Assembly: GCA_963780185.1 (NCBI GenBank)
Contig: CAWABA010000006.1
Span: 832,001-896,000 of the forward strand
Source of the DNA: Candidatus Bathyarchaeota archaeon
GTDB taxonomy: Archaea; Thermoproteota; Bathyarchaeia; Bathyarchaeales; Bathycorpusculaceae
Length of the DNA stretch: 64,000 bases
Reading direction: 5' to 3'
The translations under genes were made by a program, and so were the position numbers. Shown piece after piece: positions 40,021 to 50,001 of this stretch; within the stretch, counting starts at the first letter, position 1; each line of letters starts with the position of its first letter. The notes under the pieces were generated by a model. It ran no database searches. It saw only the letters and a list, made by a program, of their open reading frames with translations, and was not told the origin of the DNA.

Positions 40021-40799
40021 GACAAAAGCTGTTTTAGTTTTTTGATGCTTTCAGGGACATCTGTTACGGATTCGATGATTACTGTTTTGTCGTAGCCTGT
40101 TTTGTTCATGGTTTCTTTGAACGATTCGTAGTCGATTTTGCCTTTGCCGATGCCTAGGTGCTGGTCGTCTGAGCCGTCGTTGTCGCTTGCGTGGATGTGG
40201 ACGATTTTGTCTGCGAGCAAATTGAAGAAGGGTTCTATCTGAGCTTCGAGGTGCGCGTGCCCAAGGTCCAGAGTGATGCCGAGGGGCAGGTTGGTTTCAC
40301 GGTAAAACCGCGCGAATTCTTCAGGTTTATGCATCAGAAACCAGTATTTCCCAGGCAAATTCTCCAACGCAATGTTTAACCCGTATTCTTCAGCTGCTTT
40401 GTAGAGTTCTTGGATGCTCTTAACGTTCTGTTTCCATTCTGCGCCTGGGTAAAATTGGCTGATGCCTGTTTTGGCGCCGGGATGAAAAACCCATACTTTG
40501 GCGTCCAACTCGTTTGCGTAAGCCATGGATTGTTTTAGGCGGTTTAATGAGGCGTTTAGGATGCTTTTTGATGGGGAGGCGATGTTGATGTCAGCGAAGG
40601 GTGCATGCAGGGTGTACTCTAAGCTGTGGCTTTTTGCGGCTTCTTTTAGGGTGGCGACTCGTTTTTTGCTGAGTTCTTGCACGCCGTCATCTACGATTTC
40701 GATGTAGCGGGTCTGCATGGTGCCTAAACGTTTAACCACCCGGTCGAAAGGGTCGCCCAGACAGAAAAGCATCGAAACCCCAACCTTAGCCTTAGACAT
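40017..40799 (-). CDS. Sugar phosphate isomerase/epimerase family TIM barrel
   Basis: LHAPFADINIAS, HPG, ALEN, LDLGHA, HASDN.G..D.HL..G.G. Confidence 0.88.
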   Translation of the reverse strand: MSKAKVGVSMLFCLGDPFDRVVKRLGTMQTRYIEIVDDGVQELSKKRVATLKEAAKSHSLEYTLHAPFADINIASPSKSILNASLNRLKQSMAYANELDAKVWVFHPGAKTGISQFYPGAEWKQNVKSIQELYKAAEEYGLNIALENLPGKYWFLMHKPEEFARFYRETNLPLGITLDLGHAHLEAQIEPFFNLLADKIVHIHASDNDGSDDQHLGIGKGKIDYESFKETMNKTGYDKTVIIESVTDVPESIKKLKQLLS

Positions 40800-40924
40800 G
40801 ACATTAATTACCTCGCTGTTAACATGAAATGCTAAGGGTTAACTCGCTGAAACCGCTTAATAATCTAATCCCATTTTCAGGCACCTATTGATGTTGAACA
40901 GGGACAATTCAGTTTCATTCGCTC

Positions 40925-41443
40925 TTATGGGAAAAGTCGTCTTCCCCACTGCTGGCTCACGTCGAAGTCGGATGCGCGGGTGGTTTTGCACTGCACATCT
41001 CTAACGCCGAGGGCTAATTCCGCGAATTCCTTGACGGTTACATGTTGGAAGTCCCATGTTGGGGCGCCGAGGCGGATGCCGCTGCACATTGTGTCGCCGT
41101 AAACGTAGAATCGATGCCCACGGTAGTCGTAGGCTGCCTGTTTTTCTTCACCGTACTTCGGCTCAGTAGCCACTTTGAAGGGCCAGATTTTGCATGCTTC
41201 AGGCTTCATGCTTTGCAGTCCGCAATAATAGTTGTTTGCGTGGTTGCAGAGAAAAGCACATGAACCGTCGCCTACCCGCTTAATGTAGAAGCGGTCCAAA
41301 CCAGCAATGGTCGTTTCCGAGCCGAAGGTTTGCGTGAGCCGCAGCCACTCTGGAAAGTTTAGGACTACGCTGTAGAGTTTGCAGCAGTAGCCGCATGCTT
41401 TGCAATGCCAATCAGCTATGTTTTGCCATGGAACAAACTGCAT
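40925..41443 (-). CDS. YkgJ-family cysteine-cluster protein
   Basis: CKACGYCC, CAFL, C...KPEACKIWPF. Confidence 0.88.
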   Translation of the reverse strand: MQFVPWQNIADWHCKACGYCCKLYSVVLNFPEWLRLTQTFGSETTIAGLDRFYIKRVGDGSCAFLCNHANNYYCGLQSMKPEACKIWPFKVATEPKYGEEKQAAYDYRGHRFYVYGDTMCSGIRLGAPTWDFQHVTVKEFAELALGVRDVQCKTTRASDFDVSQQWGRRLFP

Positions 41444-41524
41444 CTGAAGGTAGCTCGCTCAAGGGTCAAGCAGGGCGAAGCTAAAAATGTTTTTCCAACA
41501 GAAAAACGGTATTTTCCCAAAAAA

Positions 41525-42001
41525 CTAGGGTTTTCGGTAGAGATAGATTGTGTGTGACGGGTAGCCGAGTTGCGGGTTTTCGCAGAAGTTCTCAACTTTC
41601 TCTGGGTGCCAACCGATGATTTCGTAGTCATGCGAAACGACGCGTGCGCCTTTTTTGAGGTCACTGTCAAGTTTTGGCCTGATTTTCTCGTTTGCGCTCG
41701 TCGTCAGGTACAGGTAGACTACGTCGGCTTCGGTTAAGTTAACGTTGAACATGTCGCTGTTCACGATGGTTACCCTGTCTTCAAGTCCGTTTTCATGGAT
41801 TGACCCCATGGCTTTCTTAGCTAAATCCTCGCGAAGTTCAACACCGACGCCGCGTGCGCCGAAGGTTTTTGCAGCCATAATTACGGTTCTGCCGTCTCCA
41901 GAACCCAAATCAAAGACTACTTCGCCAGCCCTCAAACCTGCCAGCTTAAGCATGTACTCTACAACGGTGTTTGGGCTTGGAACAAAGGGTGCTATGAACA
42001 T
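41525..42001 (-). CDS. SAM-dependent methyltransferase, FAM173/archaeal aKMT-like
   Basis: PFVPSP, DLGSGDGR, GVE, ADVVYLYL, GARVVSHDY. Confidence 0.82.
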   Translation of the reverse strand: MFIAPFVPSPNTVVEYMLKLAGLRAGEVVFDLGSGDGRTVIMAAKTFGARGVGVELREDLAKKAMGSIHENGLEDRVTIVNSDMFNVNLTEADVVYLYLTTSANEKIRPKLDSDLKKGARVVSHDYEIIGWHPEKVENFCENPQLGYPSHTIYLYRKP

Positions 42002-42028
42002 TCATTTTCACCTGTTAACAAGTTGCTG

Positions 42029-42355
42029 CTATGCCACGTAGCCGTCCTTTTTCGGGAGGGGTCTTCTTGCTTCGCCGCATTTCACGCAGCTTTGAGCGCA
42101 TAAGTCAAGGTATTTTTCTTCGTCTGCGGATTCGACGGCGTTGGCTGCTTTGAGGCATAGTTCGCTTGGTTCGCTGCAGCCTTCTTCTTTGCACAGGGTT
42201 GAAATGTAGTGGCAAACTTCGCGTACATCTTGAGGTTCTAAAACGGCTCTGTTGGTTCGGACAAGCAGGCAAAGTTCTCTTGCCATGACACAGGTTTTCA
42301 CGTATTTAATGCGTTCCAAAACTTCGCTACGCAAATTCTTACGGCTTATTTCCAC
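42029..42355 (-). CDS. Cys-rich helical hypothetical protein
   Basis: GTG start after GGAG; many Cys including CxxxCxxC. Confidence 0.7.
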   Translation of the reverse strand: MEISRKNLRSEVLERIKYVKTCVMARELCLLVRTNRAVLEPQDVREVCHYISTLCKEEGCSEPSELCLKAANAVESADEEKYLDLCAQSCVKCGEARRPLPKKDGYVA

Positions 42356-42586
42356 GCGTCTTTTTCTCCTACGGGTATAGTAAGCTGATAAGCAAAATTA
42401 ACGGGTTCTACGCTTAAAAAGTTAATGTTGCAAAAAGCTTTTGGCGTAAAACTGGTTTGGTTGGCAGAATTTAAAGGTTCAGCCTCTATTTTGACGCTTG
42501 ATGCCGATTACAAGTCAAGGTGCAACTTTTAAAATGATTGAAACAAGCTAGCCCTCTGCCGCTTCATTCCAAGCGGGTTGACCCAT

Positions 42587-45458
42587 TCAAAATCGTTTGC
42601 TCAGCGACTTGCGTTCAGCGTCCATTACCAACTCGTAGAATTTGTCCGAAAGCGAAGGCTCCTTTGACAGAACATCCGTTATGTCGGTCATGTAAACTCG
42701 CCTTGCGCTCAGAGCAACTGCCGCCGCCTTGCCATATGTTTCTATCAGTGCCGCGGTTTGTTTGGCGTGGAGTTGCAGTTTTTCCTCTTCTTTGGCTAAA
42801 TGCGCCCTCTTCTCAATCAGCGGCAAAGCCTTCTCCTCGTCAACTTTGAGCAGCCCCAACGCGTATGAGCCGCATCTTGGACACTTCGGTTTGTCAGGCA
42901 GGTCTTTTATGCGGAATGTCTCCATGTAGTCCCAGCAGCTTGTGCAGATGAAGTTGCCTGTTTCATTTAGCAATCGGGCTTTGGCTGCCGCAATTAGGAC
43001 GGCACGCATCTTTTCAGGCGGGATAAGGTCGGTTTTCATGCTGACACGTTCGATTCCGACTCTTGCGACGGGAGTTGCGTTGCCGCCTGTTTCGACAACT
43101 TGGAAGCCTACGTCGCCGCTTCGAATTCGATTAAGTACGAACACTAAGCCGTCTGCGTCGAGGTCCTTGCTGAAGACTTCTTTGAGGCCTTCCTCGTAAA
43201 TGGGCGTACCTTCAAAGCTTGAGATCAACTTCTGAATGCTCACGTTGCTAAAGTCAGCCCACTTCTTCAGCGCGCCAAAACGCCTTGCCACCTGAATTAC
43301 CCGCCGCTTAAACAAACCCGTCTTCACAGTTGACCGTGTAAGCGTGGCTTTAACAACTGGGTCGCTCATGCCTTTCAATTCGGTGAAGATTTCAACTATC
43401 CGCTCGGCGCTCATGGTGCCCATGGTTTGGACAAAGATGCGGTAAGGGTCATGTTGAACAACGATGCCTCGTCCAAGCTTGTCAGACAGCACTTCGCCAA
43501 GAAACTGAGCCAGCGCACGGTTGATTAGGGAGCCAAAGTTAGAGTGAATTATGACAAATTCGCCCCAATCCTCCACCACGACGCGCTTAGGTGTGGGAAC
43601 AGCCAAACCAGAGTGCACCTGCTCCACCGTCTCCTCCAGCGCCCGCAGAATTGTCTCTTGAGTGGCGGGGTAACGTTCCGAAAGCAAAGCACTTACCTCT
43701 TCAACCGAGACGCCCGCATGCATTTTTTCTTCGAGGATTCCGCGGATTTCCGCAAGCTCCTGCGCTACCTCGTATGGAACAGGGATTTCTTCGCCTATCC
43801 AGCTGGGAATGGAGCCTGAGGGGTCGTTAACTGGGCGCACGTATACCTTGTCTTCTGTGGCATGCATTATTTGCCATGGGCTGCCGCGTATAATGAATTT
43901 TGTTCCAGGCTTGCCATATTCCGCCATGAATGCTTCGTCTGAGCACGCCGATTGAAGTGTCCGTTGATTCGTCAATAACCAAAAACTGCTTCTCAACAGG
44001 AATCATTGACAGGTTATCAAAATAGTATTCGAACAGAGCTTTGGACCGCTGAGGCTTAAGCGCAACTTGGTCTTCAAAACTCACCCAAGCCAAACGCGGA
44101 AAACGCTCATGCATGTACTTGAAAGCTTTGCTGACGTCTTCCATAGTTAGGTTCTGGAAGGGTGCAGCGTTTCGCGCCAGTTCTAAGACTTCGGTAAATT
44201 CGAGGCGTCGGGTTTTGAGCATTAACCCAGCTATCTGATGCACTAAAACGTCGTAGGGTTTGTCGGGCATTTGAACGGGCTCTAGCGATTCGACGAGGGC
44301 TCTGCGGGCGATAACCAACGCTTCAAGGGTATCGTCAGAATCCATGCCTATGATTAAGCCCTCGGCGACTTGACCGTAGGTGTGTCCTGCCCGACCGACC
44401 CGCTGAATCAACCGGGTAACTTGCCGCGGACTCATGTACTGGATGACAAGGTCGATGCGTCCAACGTCGATGCCGAGTTCGAGGCTGCTGGTCGCAATTA
44501 AGCCTTTTAAGTCCCCACGCTTCAAGCCTTGTTCAGCAGTTATCCTTGACAGCTTGGCTAAGGATCCGTGGTGGATTGAAATTGGAAAATCGATGTCCCA
44601 AACTTTGAAGCGGGAAGCTAAAACTTCAGATATTGAACGGGTGTTGGTGAAGAGGAGCACGGATTTTCGTTTGCTCATGTAGTCGCGGATAATTCGCAGT
44701 CGGGCGGCTACTTCTGGATGTGTGTAAATTTTGTTGGCGAACCTCACGTCTTCTTCGGTTGGTTTTGGGTAAATTACTTCCAGCTTGACCATTTTGGCGA
44801 CGGGTACACGGATGATTTCGACGGGACGCTTTGTGCCTACGAGAAATTGGGCGACGACTTCTGGGCTGCCGATGGTGGCGGATAAGCCGATCATTTGAAA
44901 ATCTTTTCCAACAAGGCTCCTTACCCGCTCCAGCGCCAGTGACAGTTGGCTTCCCCGTTTGCTGTCAGCTAACTCGTGGACTTCGTCGATGATTACCCAC
45001 CGCAGGCTTTGCAGGTGCTGTCGCAGAACCCAGCCTGAAAGAATGGCCTGCAGGGTTTCGGGGGTGGTTATCAGGATGTCTGGTGGGCTGCGGGATTGAC
45101 GCATGCGTTCTTTGGTTTCGGTGTCCCCGTGCCGAACCGCCAGCTTGATGTCTAGGCTGTTGCACCACCATTGAAGCCTATCCAAAATGTCCCTGTTAAG
45201 AGACCTAAGAGGCGTGATATAGAGGACTTTTATGCCTGGAGTTTTGGGTTCCCGCAAAAGACTGCTCAGAACGGGCAAGAAGGCAGCTTCCGTTTTCCCT
45301 GTGGCTGTCGGCGAAATCAGCAGGACGTTTTTGCCTTCGAGGATTTTCGGGATGGTTTTTTCTTGGGGTTCGGTTGGTTTAAGGAATCCTCTCTGTTCAA
45401 CGAGCCTTCGAACTGGCTTTACAAGCAAATCAAAAGCGTTTTCAGAAGTTTCCTGCAA
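42587..45458 (-). CDS. lhr: Lhr-family SF2 helicase with C-terminal zinc finger, one frameshift near 43943
   Basis: PTATGKT, DEVH, SAT, HHGSL, QRVGRAGH; SIGVL joins DEAF across the shift. Confidence 0.92.
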
Positions 45459-45546
45459 TAACTGTGAACCCCGAACTGGTAAGATAAGCTAAGAGCCAAG
45501 TATTTAAAAAACATTGTATTGCAGGTCGCTTTGCCCCTGAAATGAC

Positions 45547-45668
45547 CGCTTTTTTGAACCCATATTTGTGGTGGTTTTTTGTCACAAATACTAGACCCCC
45601 TCCCCCCGTCTCCAACCCATCTTTACCTTGACTTTTTGAGGTAAAAATGGGGTACCCTCCCCACGTCG
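45547..45668 (-). repeat. Structured intergenic repeat, copy B
   Basis: Reverse-complement match to 24213-24335. Confidence 0.85.
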
Positions 45669-46090
45669 GCTGGTTCTGCTTGGGGCTTGGTTTGGGTTGA
45701 TTTTTTGGTTTGGGCTTGTATTCTTTTTGTTGGTTCGGGCGAGGTGAGCTAGGGAAAAGTGGTTTTTTGGAGTGAAGTTTTGTAATATTACAAAACTGAA
45801 ATGTTCGAAGGCAGCAGAAACCCGTTGACACCTGTTTCTGGAGGGGCTCTTCTTGCGGCAAGGCGGGTTTGGTGGCTGGTTTCTTTTTTGTTTTTGTGGG
45901 TGTTTTGGGGGATACTGCTAAGTTACCCATGAAGTTTTCAGAAGATCAGCAATTTCAGATGTTTGGCCATTAGTAAAGATTTAATTTAACTTAGCAAAAA
46001 CCGATTTAGTACATTTAGAGGATTCAAAGAACTCCGAGTTTTCGTAATCAAATGGTCAGAAATAACCCCAAATCAAGCCCCGTTATACAT

Positions 46091-46126
46091 ATGACAGATT
46101 TTGTTCTAGAGAACAGATTCTGTCAT
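46091..46126. repeat. 36-nt imperfect palindrome
   Basis: ATGACAGATTTTGTTCT-AG-AGAACAGATTCTGTCAT. Confidence 0.7.
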
Positions 46127-46285
46127 CCACATGCTCAAATTCCACACGTACATAGTATAAATCTAAGTTGATTTGGCGCAAAAAGCCCATGAATACTGCC
46201 TTTAGAAGTAATCTGCTTTTTTGTTGTAGCATAAAACCTAAATAGCAGAGTTAGCACTATAGTAATAGAGGTTGAAAATAGAAAA

Positions 46286-46984
46286 ATGCCAAAAGCTGGA
46301 AAATATGAATATCCCTTCTTTGACTTGGACGCAACAATAGAGAAGCTCAAGAAAGCTCACGATGACATAAGGGCAGACGAAATGGATAGAGAATGAGGGC
46401 AATAGTCTTAGCATGTCAACAACTGGTGGCGGGTTTGCTTACATAGTATCTTCGATGGAAAAATATCGGGCTAGTCAAAACTGGCGGTGGCAAGATAGTA
46501 ATAACTGCCCTAGGAAAAGCTTGCGATCTATGGCGATGAAGACGAGAAACGGAAAAGCAGAAGCGAAGCTGTTCTAAGCGTGGAACTATTCAACGAGCTG
46601 TTTACACAATACGGCATAGATGTAACAATAGACCAGATCAAAGCGTTTCTCAGGCAAAAAGGCAATGTGCCAGTTGAAAAAGCACAAAGTCTCGCTGAAA
46701 ACGTTGACAAAATATACAAAAATGTGGCAAACTACATCATATCTGCCGATAAACTCGAAAGACCAGAGGAAAAAATAGAAACTAAACAAGAAACCTCGGT
46801 TCCGAGTGAGGTAGAGAGGCGATTTGACACGCAAACAGGAAACGAGAAAAAAGACCTAATAAAAGTGCAAATAGGAAGTAACTACTTTGAAATCGACAGA
46901 AACGATACCCAAACATCAGAGCTTGCATTACAGATTATAGCCCAAAAACTTGGCCTAAAAGTAACTATTGAAAAAAGTGATTAA
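46286..46984 (+). pseudogene. Winged-helix-like protein, interrupted
   Basis: MPKAGKYEYPFFDLD..., GGGFAYIVSSMEKY/GLVKTGGGKIVITALGK and the ORF at 46580 read as one protein across several shifts. Confidence 0.55.
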
Positions 46985-47012
46985 ATCCTAGTCATCTTGA
47001 AGAATGGTCACA

Positions 47013-47062
47013 GTTAGGATAACGCCATTTCCGATTGCCTGCGCGGATGGGGTTATCCTAAC
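47013..47062. other. Long hairpin just upstream of the tRNA-like gene
   Basis: GTTAGGATAAC / GTTATCCTAAC perfect 11-bp arms plus inner CCA/TGG and TCCG/CGGA pairing. Confidence 0.7.
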
Positions 47063-47070
47063 GATAAAGT

Positions 47071-47149
47071 GACTGGATAGCTTAGTTCGGACAGTAGAAC
47101 CCGCCTGCTAAGCGGATCGTCGGGGGTTCAAATCCCCTTCGAGTCGCCA
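47071..47149 (+). tRNA. Atypical or degenerate tRNA, anticodon GCT, short variable loop, encoded CCA
   Basis: Acceptor GACTGGA/TCGAGTC (one mismatch), anticodon arm CCGC-CTGCTAA-GCGG, T arm GGGGG-TTCAAAT-CCCCT, G73, CCA; D arm irregular. Confidence 0.7.
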
Positions 47150-47232
47150 TGTATATACTGTAAGATACCTTCACGTATATTTGTTTTGTGGAGCTAAGAA
47201 TCTGTTCTGTATAAGGCATTTTATTCTATATT

Positions 47233-47457
47233 TTGTTTTATGGTATCCTGTGGATATACCACAAGCCACAAATAGCTAGGACAATCTTATGGGATGCTGG
47301 AGCGTTCATTAATAACTGTTTCAGACCGCACCAAAGTTTTGGCGGTAAGACTCCAGCTCAAGCAGCAAGGATGAAGGCGCCCAACAACTGGAAAGGCTTG
47401 ATTGATGAAGCAACCAAGCTTGAAGCAATAACTTTAGTGAATGTTCTCAGTAATTAA
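47233..47457 (+). mobile_element. C-terminal fragment of a DDE transposase (IS6-like)
   Basis: NNCFRPHQSFGGKTPAQAA...NNWKGLI matches the YN..RPH..L.GKTPA..A tail of DDE/rve transposases. Confidence 0.65.
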
Positions 47458-47492
47458 ACAGAAGAAAAACTAGGAATGAAGGTTGTAAGTAA

Positions 47493-47663
47493 ATGAAGAA
47501 AATCTTAGTGTCTTTACCTGATGGTGTGGTCGAAATCTTGGACAAAGAATTAGTCGGCAAACTTGGAGAAGGATACAGCGATACACTAAGGCAAATTATC
47601 ATGAATTGGTTGAGCGAACAGGGATATTTGGCAAAAGGGGAAAACATGAACAAATCAAGTTGA
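47493..47663 (+). CDS. 56-aa ribbon-helix-helix (CopG-like) protein
   Basis: Below ORF-track cutoff; MKKILVSLPDGVVEILDKELVGKLGEGYSDTLRQIIMNWLSEQGYL. Confidence 0.72.
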   Translation: MKKILVSLPDGVVEILDKELVGKLGEGYSDTLRQIIMNWLSEQGYLAKGENMNKSS

Positions 47664-47813
47664 AAGAGAACCTTTAGAGGAATAGACCTCTAGTACAAGC
47701 ATTGACTCAGCCCTAGGTGACTTAGTTATTGAGAAGTGCATCACAACGGAAGAGGAATACGAAATCGAGTTAAAGGAAAGGTAAAAGTCAAGCAAGTATC
47801 AAAAATGCGTTTA

Positions 47814-48080
47814 CTATTCAATCACTAATCCGATTTTGTCGCTTATCTCCTTCTTGTTCAAAACTTCGCAGTCACTATTGTCAAAGTTAGCGTGATTTGG
47901 GCAACCGAATGGATATTCCCAAAATGCTAATTCGACTGTCAATTCTTTGTTATCATTGCAGATAGGACATCGAACTTCATTATTCCAGACATGCATGTAT
48001 TCTTCACTCATCGCTCGCTCATCTACCGAAACAACGCCACCATAGCAAATCGTGCTATGAAATTGTGCCCTTTTTGACAT
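47814..48080 (-). CDS. Hypothetical acidic protein with CxxC and WEYP.G motif
   Basis: ORF track; N-terminus may be shifted from an ATG near 48130. Confidence 0.5.
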   Translation of the reverse strand: MSKRAQFHSTICYGGVVSVDERAMSEEYMHVWNNEVRCPICNDNKELTVELAFWEYPFGCPNHANFDNSDCEVLNKKEISDKIGLVIE

Positions 48081-48211
48081 TTTAGTTTTACTTCCAATTC
48101 AGGGCATTCTTTCCAAAACTCGTCTTCCATTTCGCTTTTCAAGATTAACCCCTCGTAGTCAGATAAACTGCCTTAAAATATTTAAAACAAACGGTTTGCA
48201 GAAATTATTGA

Positions 48212-48233
48212 TGTTAGGTAACTTAACCTAACA
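48212..48233. promoter_or_regulatory. 22-bp palindromic operator candidate
   Basis: TGTTAGGT-AACTTA-ACCTAACA, about 20 nt upstream of TATA-like CTTAAATG and the HTH gene. Confidence 0.6.
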
Positions 48234-48320
48234 GTATCGTTTTGGGGTAAGGCTTAAATGCTTAATCAGCGTGCGCTTACTATGTAAGCCACATGGTGCT
48301 TACTGTAGGAGCAAAACAAA

Positions 48321-48782
48321 ATGACCCTCAGCCTCGCCTACCTAACCCCCAAACAAAAAACAATATGGGACCTCAAAACCAGAGGAATCCAAGAAGCCCA
48401 CATCGCCAAAAAACTCGGCGTCACCAGACAAACCATCCACAAAGCCCTCGACACCGCCAACCTCAAAATCGGCGAAGCCCTAGCGGAAACCGCCAAAATC
48501 AACAAAATCGAAACCCAAAAAATCGACCCCGACAAAGGCTACCTCCTCGGCTACAGCAGCCACTTCAAAACAGCAGCCTTCATCACCTTCAGCGCCAAAA
48601 ACGGCGTCCAAGTCTGGTACAAACACGAAGGCGACTGCCAAAAATGCAGCCAACTCCAAACCTGCCGAGACGCCCTACTCGCCGAGGCTAAAGACCGCAA
48701 CTTCCTAATCTTGGATGACACCAGCAAGATTTTGCCCTCCCAATTAGCAGAAGCCTTAATCTCAAAAATAACAGGTGAATAA
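48321..48782 (+). CDS. HTH DNA-binding protein with C-terminal HxGxCxxCxxxxxC motif
   Basis: LTPKQKTIW...EAHIAKKLGVTRQTIHKAL; WYKHEGDCQKCSQLQTC. Confidence 0.85.
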   Translation: MTLSLAYLTPKQKTIWDLKTRGIQEAHIAKKLGVTRQTIHKALDTANLKIGEALAETAKINKIETQKIDPDKGYLLGYSSHFKTAAFITFSAKNGVQVWYKHEGDCQKCSQLQTCRDALLAEAKDRNFLILDDTSKILPSQLAEALISKITGE

Positions 48783-48784
48783 CA

Positions 48785-49977
48785 ATGGGTTTACTCAAAC
48801 GCCTAAAAGAGTTATTGAGTTGGTGTCCACAACCCCCTGACCGTTCCCCAACAAAACTCAAACGCTACTCAATCCCGATTGCTGTGGCGCTTGTGGCATC
48901 AATCGTGTTAGCTATGTCGTTTTCCGTTTTTTTCTGTAAACCTTCGCTTCTCAGCACCTGTTGCCGCCTGCTCCAGCGGTAAACCTTCCCACGTTGACGT
49001 CGGCGGGACCAATCACCATTGAGGCAGATGGAAGCGTTCAGCCAGCAAACGCCCCCATCCAACGAGACGAAGACATCTACATGTTAACCTCAAGCATATA
49101 CAACAGCCCCATAACGGTGCTAAGAAACAACATAGACGTTCTTGGGTCAGGCTACGCTTCACAAGGCATCGGCAGCGGGGTAGCTTTAAACTTAACGTGC
49201 ACTGGCGTATCAGTTACGGGCTTTAGCATTTCCAACTGGGCTGTCGGAGTCCTCGGCGTCTACTTGGCAACGCAGTCAGCAACTGCAACATAACGGGCAA
49301 CAACAGGGGCATCGCAATCTACGCTGACGATTACTCGGTGATAAACAATTATTTGGCGAATAACCAGTGGGCTGTTCGCATCCAAGGAAACGACAACACC
49401 GTTTCAAACAACCAAATAGTCGGCAACACCGAAGGCTTCTACATCACATCAAGCAGCGGAAACACAATTTACCGAAACGACATATCCAACAACCCCACAG
49501 CAATCTCAACTGACTACGGCGGCTTTGTCGTCTACGACAACAACTTCTCAAACAACACAACCCCAGTTGTCACAGCCTACGATGCCCTGTACGATGAGCA
49601 ACACTTCAGTGCGATGCCAAACTGGGATTACCATGGCGTCGGCAACTACTGGGCTGACTACCAAGCAAAATACCCCAATGCAGCAACAGACAGCTCGGGC
49701 GTGTGGAGTCAGCCTTACGTGGTAGACGCAAACTCCGGCATCGTTGACAACTACCCACTTTCCGCCCAGGTTCCGCTCTCTGACAGTGGCAGTGACCACG
49801 CAGACTTCTCAGCATAAGTTGGCGACCCCTTCGCTATACATAGTGCTAATTTACGCAGTAGCCGGAGTTACCATTGCACTCTTAGCGGTCCTAGCCTTCA
49901 TGACCTATCGGCAACAAAAAACTAAAGCTGCCGCAGTTGAAAGTAAGCAAGCGCTCACCGAGGCAGCGAAAGTATAG
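48785..49977 (+). CDS. WCPQP-motif membrane protein with NosD-like beta-helix domain, multiple frameshifts
   Basis: ORFs 48785, 48961, 49338 and 49744 form N-peptide + TM, beta-helix (GNYWADY...PYVVD...DNYPL), C-terminal TM. Confidence 0.75.
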
Positions 49978-50001
49978 TTTAAAAAACAAAGGTGAATATG
50001 C

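Noticed and set aside
43930-43960. Programmed frameshift or split gene in lhr (also polB2 near 58530)
   Set aside because: No slippery heptamer or structure seen; similar indels are scattered across the window
45442-45930. 162-aa Lys/Pro-rich ORF on the minus strand
   Set aside because: Arises from a strand-skewed low-complexity tract, runs through repeat copy B and the lhr promoter; no protein-like features
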